Under the pieces are notes generated by a model. The model made no database searches. It was not told the DNA's origin and saw nothing but the letters and a program-made list of their open reading frames with translations. Positions 11,316-24,350 of a stretch of DNA of 64,000 nt are shown in pieces (within the stretch, counting starts at the first letter, position 1; each line of letters starts with the position of its first letter). Source of the DNA: Camelus ferus (Eukaryota); contig NC_045697.1 of the NCBI RefSeq assembly GCF_009834535.1, positions 66,528,001 to 66,592,000 of the forward strand, given 5' to 3'. The position numbers and the translations under genes are program-made.

Positions 11316-14300
11316 TATGTAAATAAGTGATCAAAGAAATCTGGGCATTGCTGACGCTTTTAAACTGCAAGCATTCGCTGAGCCTTGATGATGCTAATAC
11401 GCATTGTGACTGTCTCCGAAAAAAGGGGTTTTTGACCTTGGGACTTGTTTTTTCCCTGCATTTATCATTGGGCTAATGTTCCTCAGAACATACTTTAGGA
11501 AAAATTGATACAAATAATTGGCTAAACATTTCACCAGTCTATTGTCTCCTGAGAGAAAGGGACCATTCTTATTGCCAGGACTTGTTCCTCTACCTGTCAC
11601 ACCTGTTACAGAGTAGGAACTCCGTTCTTCTTGTGCCTCCTCCCTTTTTTCTTTCTAAAAGTAAAATGAGTGAGTTCATTTCCCAGAGAAAGACTTGCTG
11701 TCAGTATAGATGTGAGTATTCTCTGGGCCTCTGGGGCTCACTGAGCCAGGGTTTACAGTGTGTAATATCTTCTGAAAAGCGACTTCTCTGTATAGTTTTC
11801 TGGTGAAGAATACATATCCCTTGAAGTGAACTTGAGAAATACAAGGAATTGTAACAAAAATCACTCTCTTGTGCTGTGCAGAAATAACTACTTATTAACA
11901 TTTTGGATCTTTTTTTCTTTGCAAAATTGGGAGCATAATTTAGTATGGTTTTGAGTCCTGCCTTTCTTTTTCATTTGACTTTATATAATATTCTCAATCC
12001 CAGACATGCAGTGACTTCTGGCCTTCAGATGATTGGTCATCTACATTTCAAAAGAGCTTCCTTCCTTCCTTACCCAATTCTGTGGCCAGAGACAATATGA
12101 AAATAAAATGGTGTATCTAGAATGAGTTTCTCATTTTAAGTGTTCTCGGAAATTGGAACCACCTGGTAAGCAGTTGGCAGTTCTGTTTAAGAGACCTGGA
12201 GTAGGTGACCTCAGGTTGCTTCATTTTTATGAGTCATTCCAGTGTTCCAGCCAGCAGCCAGATGGACGCACAAGAATCCATGACCAGGCTGCTTTGGAGG
12301 CATTACTTACTCATCCTGAGTGACTGTGAGTGAACTTATATAATGTTGAGATTAACTTGGAAAAGCTATCCAGGGAAGCCTGAATTACTTCCAGAATAAA
12401 TTAAACTATTATTTAACTTTTAAATAAAAAGTTTGTTCTCTCCATTGTATGTTGGAGGTGTAGGAGTATAATAATAAACTAATATGGAGGACAAACATTG
12501 CCTCTAAGTATTTTTATCTTCTATAATTTTATAATTTTGAATGGGAAAGACAGTATTGCCTTTATATATCAGTACCTAATGTAAAGACTTGGAAAAATAC
12601 TTATTGTTGTAGATTTTACCTTGTGTACTTCATAAATGATGGATGCTGTTGTAATTAAAATATATCTGCACAGGAAGTCCTTCTCCATTCAAAATACTTC
12701 CACAGTTTTGAATCTTTATCTCAAGATTAAATCAATCACACTTTAAAACATTTATCTTTAACATCTGTAGCAAATGAAAAATTTAAATTCTTTCTGAAGA
12801 GGAAAACCATACTACACTGTTTAATTGAATTAAATTAGCTTTTCATGGAAATTTACCTAGGAGCTGTTTCTGGAACCAATTTGGAAAATGATCTTTGTAT
12901 TCTGTGGCATTTATGTTTGATTATGTTTTTCTTAGTAATTCTCAGTGGACCTGATTCACTCCTTGCTTCAGTCATCAAACCCTTGCAATTTTTGTAGGCA
13001 AATTAGGCATTTCCTACCCCATAATTATGCATATTTATGGAATAATGTATGCTTTCTCCTTAAGTAAAGATGGTATAAGAAATTCTTAATTCTGTAACTG
13101 AAAATTAGCTAAATTTTAGCATCTTAACATGCTATAGAGTATATTAAGGCTGAGATAAAAGTCATATATAAATTAACGTCTTCCCAAAAATGTTTTGTAC
13201 AGTTTAGGTTTTGACACCTTTTAGTAATAAAAGCACGTGCTGGTGTTTCTAAAAATGGCAGATAATTCAAAACTTCTTGTAAATATATTGCCTTGAAACA
13301 GTCTGTACTTCAGGCACATCAGATTTTGTGCAATACATTTTCTGTATTTTCTCTTATATTGTAATGTTATTTCACACAGCCATGAAGAATTTGAAAATTG
13401 CTCAGAAAAACTCAATTTTCAGGTTTTTTTGCTGTAAAATTTATCCTTTGTGATCAACGGCATAGGGGATATATTTCATATGCTCGGACAAGGGAGTATG
13501 ACTTAATGTTTTTATTTCTGGAATACTTCCTATTTCGCAGTTTAAAGATATTGAAAACATCTTCAGCTTTTTATAAAAACCTTTGCCGGCATTTGCTGCA
13601 ATCCTGATGTTAGAGCTGCAGCTCTTTTCTCCACGTCTGTGTTCACCTTCCCAATCCCCCACCCCTTCTTCTTCCTTGTTCTCACCTTTGCAGTTGATTT
13701 GAAATCACTGTTTGCTCTAACTACTTTTTTTTCTATTAAAACATGCTCATTTCTGTGATCCTGAACATGTAGGGTATTTCCAGGGTCCTTCTAGCTTTAT
13801 ACCATCCTCTGACTGGAGTTTTGACTAAGTTATTGTAATTGGAATGATGACTTAGTATTCTCTAGACGTAATCTTAAAATACTTTAATAATAGAATATTA
13901 TTAGAATTATTAATAGAATAGAAGACGCATTTCTATTTTGTTAAGAAATCACTTATTACATAATTTCACTCGAAGTATTTTTATGAAATGCCCATGTTTT
14001 AAACATTTAAAGAAATGGGTTCTCATGGCTAAAAACTTAAAAATGGCACAAACACATATTATGTAAAATATATTGCTCGATATTACTTGGATATAGACTT
14101 TTTCATTTTCATGCAGTTCTTTGATATACAGACATCTGTAATTGCATTGTATATGTTTTCACCAAACACTCTCTAGCTCCTATTTGAAATTTTGTGTATT
14201 CATAATTGTGGTTTGAAAGATGTTAGGCATTCTTAAACATTTTTCTTGTAACTTACTAGCATGCAGCCTGGCTTACCGTGAGACTGTAAATTCCTTTTTT

Positions 14301-14569
14301 GGCTCATCTCTTAAACCTGGAAGGTATAATGCAGTTTAACAATAATATTTTACATCTTTAGTTTGTGAATAATGTCTTTCTTACAAATGGAATTATTAAA
14401 TATTTATGCAATATGTATGAACTTGATACCATATGTGTCAAAGAGATAATTGAGTCTTGCTCTAAGGGGAAAGATGTTTAAAATCATAATGATTCACTAT
14501 CAAAAAATAAATGCAGAGCATAAACAGACGGAATATGGGAAAGACAAAATGAGAAGTCGATGAGAACAT

Positions 14570-15760
14570 TCATGAAGTGCCAAGTTGATTCAGTCTTATT
14601 CTGTCTTTCAGTGGTGCCATCAGGGGAGATGTTAGGGAAGGCTATGACTAGTGTTCTGTGATTTCTCTTTTAAAATTTAGAATTATATCCTTCAAATATC
14701 TTTGTTTTCCTCAATATAAACCACTGCTCTCTTTTTGGAACTGATTAGAATTTTTCAACGTGTTTAACTTCGTGGCTTTATGCTCGTGTGTTCTAGTTGA
14801 AGTTACAGCAGCAATTCCTTAGCTCTGTATCTGTCTTGTCCACACTTTCCATTGTTGTGTAGAGTCTGTGAGTTTTAACATCTATGTTTCCTTGTAAACT
14901 TCACCTTTCTAGACGGAAGGAATGCTAATCTATCTTACTTTTCTTCCTAGGGCTGTCCTGTGGTCCACTTGATCATTGCTTTTTATCTCCTTGGATTTTC
15001 CTCAGTTTCTAAATCTTTATTTCTCCTTCTTTCTTGGTGAAATTAGAATTAGTCCCTCCCTCCCCCCATTCTTCAGCAGATACTGGAGTGCTAGGCTGTG
15101 TTAGACCAGAACTGCATGTAGTATTTTAAGTAAAAATGAACTGTGGTTTTAAATAGGACGGAGAAGCATGTTTTTTGTTCTTGAGTGATGTCAGTGCCAT
15201 TATTAGCTTTGTTGGCTATGGGAACACATTAACACAGGGACTTTTAGGCTCCTTTTTATGGTAACTAAGGCCCATTATCCTAAGTAGTGTAGTCCCTGTA
15301 TACTCCTCCCCCATATGTATATAACCCTGTAGTTTTCCACTTTGTATCTTACTTGATGTTTTCCTCCTAGAAACTCAAAAGTTTTGGAAATCCCACTGAC
15401 TTGGCATTTCACATACTGGAAAAACTTAGTATCTTTTGCAGACCTGGAAAACTTAATCTGTGTTTCCTCTTCTACATCATTTATAAAGATGTTAAATAAG
15501 ACCACTTCTAGCACCTTCCTTATTTATAATTTTCTTGCCAAAATAATACCCCCCCTCTTTTTTTTAGTGTCATCTTTGTATATCTAGTTAAAAGTTCATC
15601 TAATCCTATGGTGACTTAGTTCTTTTTAATAACTCTGTGGCCTGTTAAGGGCTTAAAAAAAAAAATAGGATGGATTATATTCACTGGTTTCTCCCTTGAA
15701 GCTCCACATGGCTTTTAATATGCCAAGACATGATTACCCCTGAAAAAAATCAAAGCCACC
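14570..15760 (-). mobile_element. CR1/L3-clade LINE fossil covering the RT domain to the 3'UTR
   Basis: ORF 15275-15514(-) reads VLFNIFINDVEEETQIKFSRSAKDTKFFQYVKCQ, matching the CR1 RT motif VLFNIFINDL...SKFADDTKLF. Upstream pieces resemble GEPVDI(I)YLDF and RLLKKLSHHGI; downstream pieces resemble LFSLERRRL and the CR1 3'UTR 'ccactg..agacagaata'. Confidence 0.85.
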
Positions 15761-15959
15761 CACCCCTGACCATTGTTTGCTAAATCCTTTGGTGACCTTA
15801 TACTTTAGCATATGTAGACCTCACAAATTTGCCAAATTGCCAAGAAATAATAACAACACTGAATTGGAGGAAATTTGAAAGGCTGTGGATGAGAAAGATG
15901 AAATTTAGCATTAATGTGATGGTTGAAATGCAATTATACATAAACAAGCGAAAAAGAGG

Positions 15960-16140
15960 TTACCGTGTTTGAGTCTTTCCTATGTTCCAGACAATGAGCT
16001 ACAAAATAAATAAGCCAATTGTGTTTAAGATGGTAATTGTCATCCCCATTTTACAGATGAAAGACCTTAAGGCGTAGTGAGGTTCAGCAGATGTTAGTCC
16101 AGGATTCTAATACAGGGCTGTCTGATTCTAAATCTGTGCG
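15960..16140 (-). mobile_element. MIR SINE
   Basis: 'catccccattttacagatgaaa' is the reverse MIR core. Confidence 0.75.
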
Positions 16141-19100
16141 TAAGTGTTGGAGGGCTGTTACAGCCAGATGTTGTTAGTTACTGATGCTAGAAAGATGAGT
16201 AGCGCTCAGCCCGGGGGGCCCAAGGGCTTTTAAAGACTGGAGAGAAGGGAGAGACCTGTGCATGACAACTTTAAGAGTTGGTAATTGCATGTAGACATGC
16301 TGTGAGCAAAGTTAAGACATTTTTTTACTAAATTTAGCTTCCATTTGACCCACATATTTTGTGTATGTGCATGTGAGGGAGAGGGACATGAGAGTCATTA
16401 ACATGGTTTAAATGTAGTGACAAGTTTTAGTGAATTTGGGAAATCAAATAGCTCAGGTAGTTTGCTAAGAATATAGAGATGCAAATGATGAAAATTATTT
16501 AAAGTTGATCAATTTATCTGAAATGACATGATTAAACTTAAAAAAATTATTTTGTAGGAAGCACCATAATATATACCGAATTGTAAACATTGGATTCTGG
16601 GGCTTGGCCAAAGTTGATTTGTTGGGAGGGACCAGAGGCATGTACTGAAAACACAGTAAAAACCTTTGAGGAGAGTTTGGTCTTAACTCTTTTAAATCAC
16701 TTTTTAAAATATTTTAATTGACTCTAGATCATTATCTGTAATTTTTTTCTCTATTAGTTCGAATGTGTTAGCATGAAATGAAATTACTACAGTGACTTTC
16801 AAAGAATCGTAAAACCTTCCTTGCTTTAAGCATAATACCTTTGTTTTTTGCAGGGTTAAATGAAATGGAGTCTGTTGGCTGTGATCATGGAGCTTAGCTG
16901 AAGCAAAGTTACTAAAGAAATCTTTAGTTTCCAAAATAACTAGATAAAACATGTATTTTACATGGAGCCAAAGTGCTGTGTTGAAGGCAGAGTTTAAAAT
17001 GGATTTAGGCATTAAAAGTAAAATAGTAAATTAAAAAATTATTGTTACAAATATTTTGTTAAAATCAGCTCATTTTTACTAGTCTCATAATCACCATTTG
17101 ATTTTCCAAATGTGCATATATACCACAAAAACACAGTAAGTTATAGTATAATTTGGAATGAAAAGAAAGCTTCCTTCGTGAATCCTTATATTCCAAAATA
17201 CAATTTTTCCATTATGGAAAATTATATTTATGTTGAACATAAATAATCAGATATTTGCTTCACTAATGATCCAGATTATTTTAAAATCATGTTACTGGAT
17301 TTAACGATGCGACCTCTGTTCTGTGACCTTGTGTATTCTGGAGGCTTGTTATGCATGTCAAGGGTACTTCCTTTGATTTGTTTTAATTTTACCTGCCACT
17401 TAAATCATTGAATGACCCTTCATAATCTTATTATGAAACCATATAATAAGGAAGGACTAGTTGATTATTTTTTACTTTAACTTTCGTAATCTCATATAAT
17501 TCAGATCTTCTTTGTATTCTCATTTCTCAGGTCAAATAATTCTTGTTTTGCAATTTCTCATCACAGTAATGGATGAGATAGAGTAGTACATTTCAATACA
17601 TTTATTTTTATTATTTTAGCATTTTACATCTGTTCTCTCTATTTCAAGGGGAGGGAGGCAAGTAGTATGTTGAAAACAGCACACAACTGGGAGACAGGAA
17701 AGGCCATAATTAGTTTTGGAGCCTGAGACTGATCACTTAAGTAAAAGATTGGCCAAGCTCTCTAAGGTCTTTCTGGTTTGAAATGCTGTGGTTCTGTAAC
17801 CCAAAAAGGGGAAATCTTATTATAGTTAATAATTACAGTATGGCATTAGTTTCTTTAGAGCAAGGCACTATAACAGATTAATCTCTGTATTTTTTTTTTT
17901 TATTATTCAGGTGGTTTTTGGAATTTCTGAGACAAAAGAATGTTCACAAATTAAGCACCTTCCAAACCTAATCACCTTTGATATTTTATAATTCTTTACA
18001 TGAGATATTGATACTTACAGGTTATGTAATTACACTAGGTACCATTTTATATGCTTTTATAAATAAACCCTTTACTTGGGGGTTTCAGATAATGTTGGTT
18101 AGTAAGAAGTAATTCTGTAGTCAGTACTGTTGTACTGCTTTCTTCGAATTATTTTTGAAGAACTTTATGGCAGTTGTTGAAAAAGGTTTTGTTCAGAAAT
18201 CAGATTCAGTTTCACGTTTGACTGTCGGGTTCTAGTGGCTAATTTTACTAGAAATAAAGTATGCAGAGCATGCCAGCAATATGATAAATTCAACTTTGTG
18301 GTAACTTTTCACTAATTACTAAGATGATTTCTGTGTGCCTTATTGATTACCTTTGTTTCTGTGATGCCCCATACTAATTATTCTCTTTTAAAACCCTTTT
18401 TAGTATAAAAGCAAAGGCTGAACTAGGTTTAAATGTTGTGCAGTTAACCTGGTTCTCTCTATGAGAAGTTAATAACCTATTCTATTTTTTTGTAAAATAT
18501 TCTTCAAATTGTTCAAGGATTGGTTTAATACTCAGATCCCTTTAAAATGTTTAGGCAACTTGATGTATCATTATTTTCAAGTTGATTAGTAATTTCCTTT
18601 TAAGAACTATTTTCAAACAACAGTCAACTCTTATTTTTTTATGTGTGAAGGTTTCAGTGGTACTTTCTAGATTATCTATAACAAATTTGTAATCCCAGTG
18701 TGCTTCTTTGCAGCCTTCCCCTATGGTATGTCAGTAGGTATTGAAAGAATCTATGCTAAGAGGAAAATTATACTTACCAAGCTGAGTAAAATAAAATTGA
18801 GAAAACAAATTTTCAAAGCCCCTGGAATAAAAAATCATCCTGGAGCATTTGCTGTTGATACAAAGCAGGAATCCTCCACTGAAAACTATAGAGTTGTTTG
18901 TATTACGTGGACTGTTTGCTCTTATGAGATAAGGGAAACAATATAAGGAAGACATTGAAGTTGTAAAGTAATGCTGAAAATGTTCTTGTCCATGGTGATT
19001 GTATGAAAGTTCATGATACTAAAACATCCTGAATCAAAACTGAGGAACAATGTGAAACAAAGTAAGGCAAGTCCCCTTCATATGGACTCTTTTCTTGGAA

Positions 19101-19689
19101 GTTGGATTGAAAAATGAAGAAAAATCTGATTACCTTTATACCTAACATGTATCACTTTATTTATGAATTTCTCATACTGACACTATTCTTGTACTTTTCC
19201 CTTCTTTGGAAAACTGATTTTTTTAGTTCATTTTCGGAAAAGCTTCTGTTAATCCCATCTCACTGGGCTCTTTCTTCCTTTGCTCTGCCTGCACCCTCTT
19301 CCACCTTAGGATGGAAGTCATGCAGTGATACTCTGCACTGTATGCTTGTATTTATTGGTTTCCTGTGTTAGTGTAATTAGCATCCTCACCATTTTAAATG
19401 TATTGAATGCCCCCAAAACTGTCTTCTATTTAAATATTTTTCTACATATGTCACAACGTAGAATGTAACACCAAAAGATGCGTGGTCTATGTTGACTGAT
19501 TTACTTTCCTACCTTGTATGGTTTTCATCCTTATTTCCTTGTAATTAATGGAAGTGTTCACTTTGAGAATATGTGAGAAGCCTTAGGACGTTAAAAAAAA
19601 ATTGTGTAATTTGTTGTATTTGTTTTATAAATACATTGTAGAACATGAGATGGGAAAAAATTCTCTTCCGTGCTTTGACTAAATCCAGT

Positions 19690-19855
19690 GTAGATGCTCT
19701 GCCCTGGATCTGGAGGCAGATATCAGAGTTTGTATCCCAGCTCTTGCGTTTGGTGCTATCATCTTGTAGGGGTACTACTCAGGAAGGATGTTGTGGAGTT
19801 GAAGTGAAGTACCTCGAACTCTGCCTGATATATGGTAATTATTCAGTAAGTGTTC
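19690..19855 (+). mobile_element. MIR SINE (degraded)
   Basis: 'tctggaggcagatatcagagtttgtatcccagctct' head and 'tgcctgatatatggtaattattcagtaagtgtt' tail. Confidence 0.55.
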
Positions 19856-21129
19856 CCTCTTACCCTTTATTTTAGATGTTTTAAAGTAGGCTGAGTGCCA
19901 GTACCACTTAAAGTGGTACCTATGTGAGACTGTTCTACTAAAACAGAATGAAGAAAATTTACAGTTAATTGATCAATTTTAATGAGAAACAATTTTCTTA
20001 CAGAATATTTCCAAATGCGAAGTGTTTTAAGTCAGATATTCATACTAAAATATAAGTGCCTTGTTAGAAATAAGCTCTTCAAAATAGTTATTTCCTTCCC
20101 TTTTTATTCAGTTTGGGATACTTCCATCTCTATTTCAGATGCTTGCTTCTTAAAAAAAAAAAAAGTCCATATAATGAAATAAGAGGATAAATTGTATGTT
20201 TTCATTAATTTCAATGGCATTTTCCCTTGGATGAGTTATGAAAAGCCTGGTTAAGTTTAGCACCAGTGGAGCTTGAAGAGATGTTAGTATTAAGCAAGTG
20301 TTTAGTTGCATGACATGATCAGTTTACACTATTGCAGAACCTTAATTAAAGTTTTATTAAACTGTGTAAACCATGATCCAGTTTGGATTTGAAAGTAGAT
20401 AGACATCTGTTTCAAATATTATTACTACAGTTAGAAATTAATAGCTTTTTTCTGAAAGTCTGAAAGTTCTTTTGAAACTTTTGTTTCTGTCTCATTCTCT
20501 ATTAAAACTTTTTTTGAGATGTTAAGTTTATTTTAAAAAATCATGTTCATAATCTGTATAATATCTAGACAAAAGAAAAGTGGGGAAATGTTTGGAAATA
20601 TTTTTTCAAAGAACAATAAAACAAGACCCCTCTTTGTGTGTTAGAAGCAGATTTCTACAATGATGCATCAGAGACTCCTAAGCCAGCCTCCTCCTTCCAT
20701 CTCTTTTTTTCTTTATGAAGTGAAGGCTAATGCTAGATAAACTTAGCGTTATTTTGCTCACTTAGCAATAAGTGAAAGTGTCCTATTTTTTCTCTTTGCC
20801 TCAATGACATTAGAAAATTATTCAGCAAATTTATTTTAATTGGTTATATGATGTGTTTTACTCTTAGTTCTGGAAAGGAATTGATATATTTCATTCAAAT
20901 CTTTATGCTTTCTAGAGAAAAAAAGTCAGAATTTAAATTAAAATTTTTAAACCACACTCACTAAAATAGTAGAAAACACAGCTTGTGATATCCTAAAGTT
21001 CAGAATTCATTCATTTACTCTATTACTATGTCTTAGTTCTGCAAATACTAATTATTAAATTAATACATGTTTGATGAAAACTTTGTAAAACAGGAGGAGG
21101 GCAAAAAGGAAACTGCACTACTTGGAGTC

Positions 21130-21430
21130 TGTTATTTGTTATCATTTTGATATATTTCCCTCTCACGTTTTTAGACTAAAAAACACTGAAGTTGCCATCC
21201 TGACTTATTTTCACTTCAAATTATGAATATTTTCTCATCATTAAATATGCCTCAAAATATTTTAATTAGTGACTGGAAATATTTAAAAATATTTTTACTA
21301 TTTTTCATTATAAATGCTTCAGTGAACACCTTTATGATTAGATCTTTAAATATTTTTGTGAAGCCTTGTATATATGATGCCAAATTGCTTTCCAGTTAAA
21401 TCATTCTAATTTATAATCCTACTAGCATGA
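21130..21430 (-). mobile_element. Ancient L1ME-type 3' fragment
   Basis: 'ataaatgcttcagtgaacacctttatg' and 'gatgccaaattgctttccag...aatttataatcctactagcatg' are typical of old L1ME 3' ends in antisense. Confidence 0.5.
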
Positions 21431-21499
21431 TATCTATTTAATCTTACTCATTTTCTTAGGTATGTTAATAAATATTCCAAATATATTCATTAAATTTCT

Positions 21500-22380
21500 G
21501 TAAAGCTCAGAAAAAGACCAAAGTGAAGAAGAAATAAATGAAGTGAAGGTAAGCAATTGATCCAATAATGAGTTCTAGGTAATGATCATAAAGATGCTCA
21601 ATGAATGCAGGAGACGAATGGATGAACACAGCAAGAATTTCAGAGTTAGAAAATGTAAAGGAAAACCAAACAGAGCTGAAGAACACAATAACTGAAATAA
21701 AAAATATATTATACAGAGGATCATACAGAGAAATGGATCAGTGATCTGAAAGGCAAACTAGTGGAAATCACCCAGGCTTAACAGAAAAAAAGAGAATGAG
21801 GAAAGTTTAAGAGATCTCTAGGACAACATCAAACTTCTAGCAACACTTACATTATAGGAGTCCCAGAAGGAGAAAGAGACAGAGAAGCAGGCAGAGAACC
21901 TATTTGAAGAAATAATAGCTGAAAAATTCCCTAACCTGAGGAAGAAAACAGAAACTCAGGTCCAGGAGGTACAGAGTCCTAAACAAGACGAACCCAAAGA
22001 AGAACACACCAAAAACACTACAATTAAAATACCAAAAATTAAAGAGAGGATCTCAAAAGCAGCAAGACAAGCAACTAGTTATGTGCAAGTGAATGCCCAT
22101 AAGACTATCAGCTGACTTCTCAGTAGAAACTGCAAGCAGAAGAAAGTGGCATGGTATATTCAAAGCCATGAAAGGAAAAAAACTTACAACAAAGTACACT
22201 CTACCTGGCAAGGTTATCATTCAGATTTGAGGGAGAGATCAAGAGTTTTTATAGATAAGAAAAAGCTAAAAGAGTTCAGCACCACTAAACTGACTTTAGA
22301 AGAAGTGTTAAAGGGACTTCTCTAAGCAAAAAAAGAGAAGACCGCATAGAAATATGAAAATTAGGAAGAGAAAAAAGTCA
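21500..22380 (+). mobile_element. LINE-1 ORF1-only fragment (disrupted), sense to the host gene
   Basis: Translated pieces IIGVPEGE, NLFEEIIAEKFPNL, QVQEVQ, PIRLSADFS and LYLARLSFRFEGEIKSF are L1 ORF1p RRM/CTD motifs; frameshifts and stops are present. Confidence 0.85.
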
Positions 22381-22384
22381 TATT

Positions 22385-23760
22385 AAAAGATATTAGGACA
22401 TGGGATATAAGGGGCTGTCTGGTAAACATTATCATGTGGGTACTTAACTGTGACTTGGGAGTAAACGATCTGGCTAGGACATGTGAAAATGTCAATTTCT
22501 TTGGTATGTTGAGAAAGGAGTCACAAGTCTTAGTGGGCGGGAATATTAGAAAGAATTTGCTTTGTAAGACTTGAGAACCCACCAGTTCTGTTCCTTAGGA
22601 CGTTCCCTTCACCAAGACAACAAGGAACGCATCGCTGAACCTTCTGCCGAGTGTCCAACCTGCAAATAAGCAGACAAAGACATGGAGCCCTTCGTAGGGC
22701 ACTGTCTAGCCTGTCTCTGGTGGCAGTTGGGTTATCTTGTACACCTTGGGCACTTCTGAACTAGAAGGAGGTAGCAAATTGTCCTTATCGAAATTGATAT
22801 GTATACCAGATAGAGATATTTTTATTCCGCTGCCTGCAGAACCCTGCTGGAATCACCATCTGAGTGTTCAGCCCACCGACGGGATGACTAACATAATCAA
22901 TATGGTACCCCATCTAACAGTCCCCTGGACTAAGGGGCCTGTCTTATGCGTGAGCCCATGATCACAGGATTCATGGGTCTTACTGTGTTCCCCAGCTCCC
23001 AGAAGCATCTGGATAAGAAGGGTGGGATGGTCTGTGGAATGGAGGAAAGGTTCAGTGAAGGCAGCAGCTTGTGGATAACTCTGGTGTTGGATGCACTATA
23101 TATGGTGCTGATTCAATAGCTGGTAGATACTGCTGACTTGATAACAGATTAAAAGAATCTGAAAATGAAGGGGTGGAAGTTAGACTTGACTTTTACGATC
23201 AGTTTCCATGACCTACTTGCAAGTTTGTGCTTTCTGTCCCTGCAGTTTTAGCCTCTGCTGGTTTAGAGTTCCTGATTCCTGGACGGTGGGATGAAGAACA
23301 CTGTTGAGGACAGGACACAGTAAGAATTCCATTGACTGGGAGCTGTGAATACCACCTGTTCATTTTGGGCTTATGACAGTGCACCAGCGGGCATAAAAGA
23401 AGTGTCAGCTAGACCAGTCAACCCTGAACACTGGGAGAAGCTAAGGGTATTACTGCACAGTGGATACAGGGAGCATTATCTCTGGCTTAAGGGATTCACT
23501 GGGCTGCCTTCTGGTGTTTCCCTGCCTTGTGGTAACCGCAGTTGGACAATTTAAACAACCATAGCCTGACAGAGGCAAGGCAATTAGAGGTCCAAGCTCC
23601 TTGGGAATAAATGTCTGGGTCATCTCATAAGGCAGAACCCCAAATTACCCAGAGCACTGGTCAAGGGTGAAGGGAATCTAAAGTGGGAGGTGGAAGAGTA
23701 GATGATAGATATAAAATTATAAAACCAGCTGGAAACAGCAAAGTCGGGAGCTTCCTTTAC
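22385..23760 (+). mobile_element. ERVL (class III ERV, ERV3-16A3-like) internal remnant: integrase plus dUTPase
   Basis: gagtgtccaacctgc (ECPTC zinc knuckle) at 22649-22663; WWQ..Y and IDMY/IDTY-like integrase text; 'tttgtgctttctgtccctgcagttttagcctctgctggtttagagttcctg' and VNPEHWEKLRVLLHSGYREHY match the ERVL dUTPase (IDPDYQEEIGLLLHNGGKEEY). Confidence 0.8.
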
Positions 23761-24039
23761 TAACTTTTTGACAACTGCATTACTACCATGAACTGGACTT
23801 GTACCTCTTCTCTTGGAGAAGATGTCAGGGTAGCCTTCTTTTCATACGAGATCTGCATATCTTGAGAGCATATAAGTCACCTGAGTGGCACAAGGGGAGG
23901 GTTGCCGTAAGTCTGGTTTGTGTGCTTCTCAGGGCTTCTGGGTTCTACTGCCCATGTCTCAGCAGCCTGCTCTGCTGCTTCAGAGCAGCCCTGGCAAGTC
24001 TCCGGTCTTAACTGAGGTGCCTTGCCTCTGCCGTCACCT

Positions 24040-24350
24040 CGTCCTGATCGCTTCTGTCTCAGATTCCTCCGAGGAGATGAGGACCCAGCTTCTGCCCCTC
24101 CATCCCTCGCACTGGGATGTGAGTGTCTGTAGCTCCTGTGCGAGGTACCACCTGAATGGAGAGGCTGCAGCTTTCTAGGAAGCTGCCCAGAGGGGCCAGG
24201 AAGCACAGCCTTAAGTGCGAAGGAGAGAACACCCTGGGGTGGCAAACTCTGCCTAATGAGAGATGGGAAGCAGACGAACAATTGCTTATCTTTCTTTCCT
24301 TCAACAGAGCATTCTAAGATGGAGTGGTCTCATCAGCCTTTCTGTGTTGT
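24040..24350 (+). mobile_element. LTR16-like ERVL LTR (partial 3' LTR of the preceding element)
   Basis: 'aacaccctggggtggcaaactctgcctaatgagagatgggaagc' resembles the recalled LTR16 core and lies directly downstream of the ERVL internal remnant. Confidence 0.55.

Noticed and set aside
15275..15514. RT-like ORF as a functional or domesticated reverse transcriptase gene
   Set aside because: The FADD motif has decayed to SAKD and flanking motifs are frameshifted; it is a CR1 fossil.
21500..22380. Idea that this ORF1 piece is the segment missing from the L1 at about 42400
   Set aside because: Both loci retain the ORF1 C-terminal region and differ substantially there, so they are independent copies.
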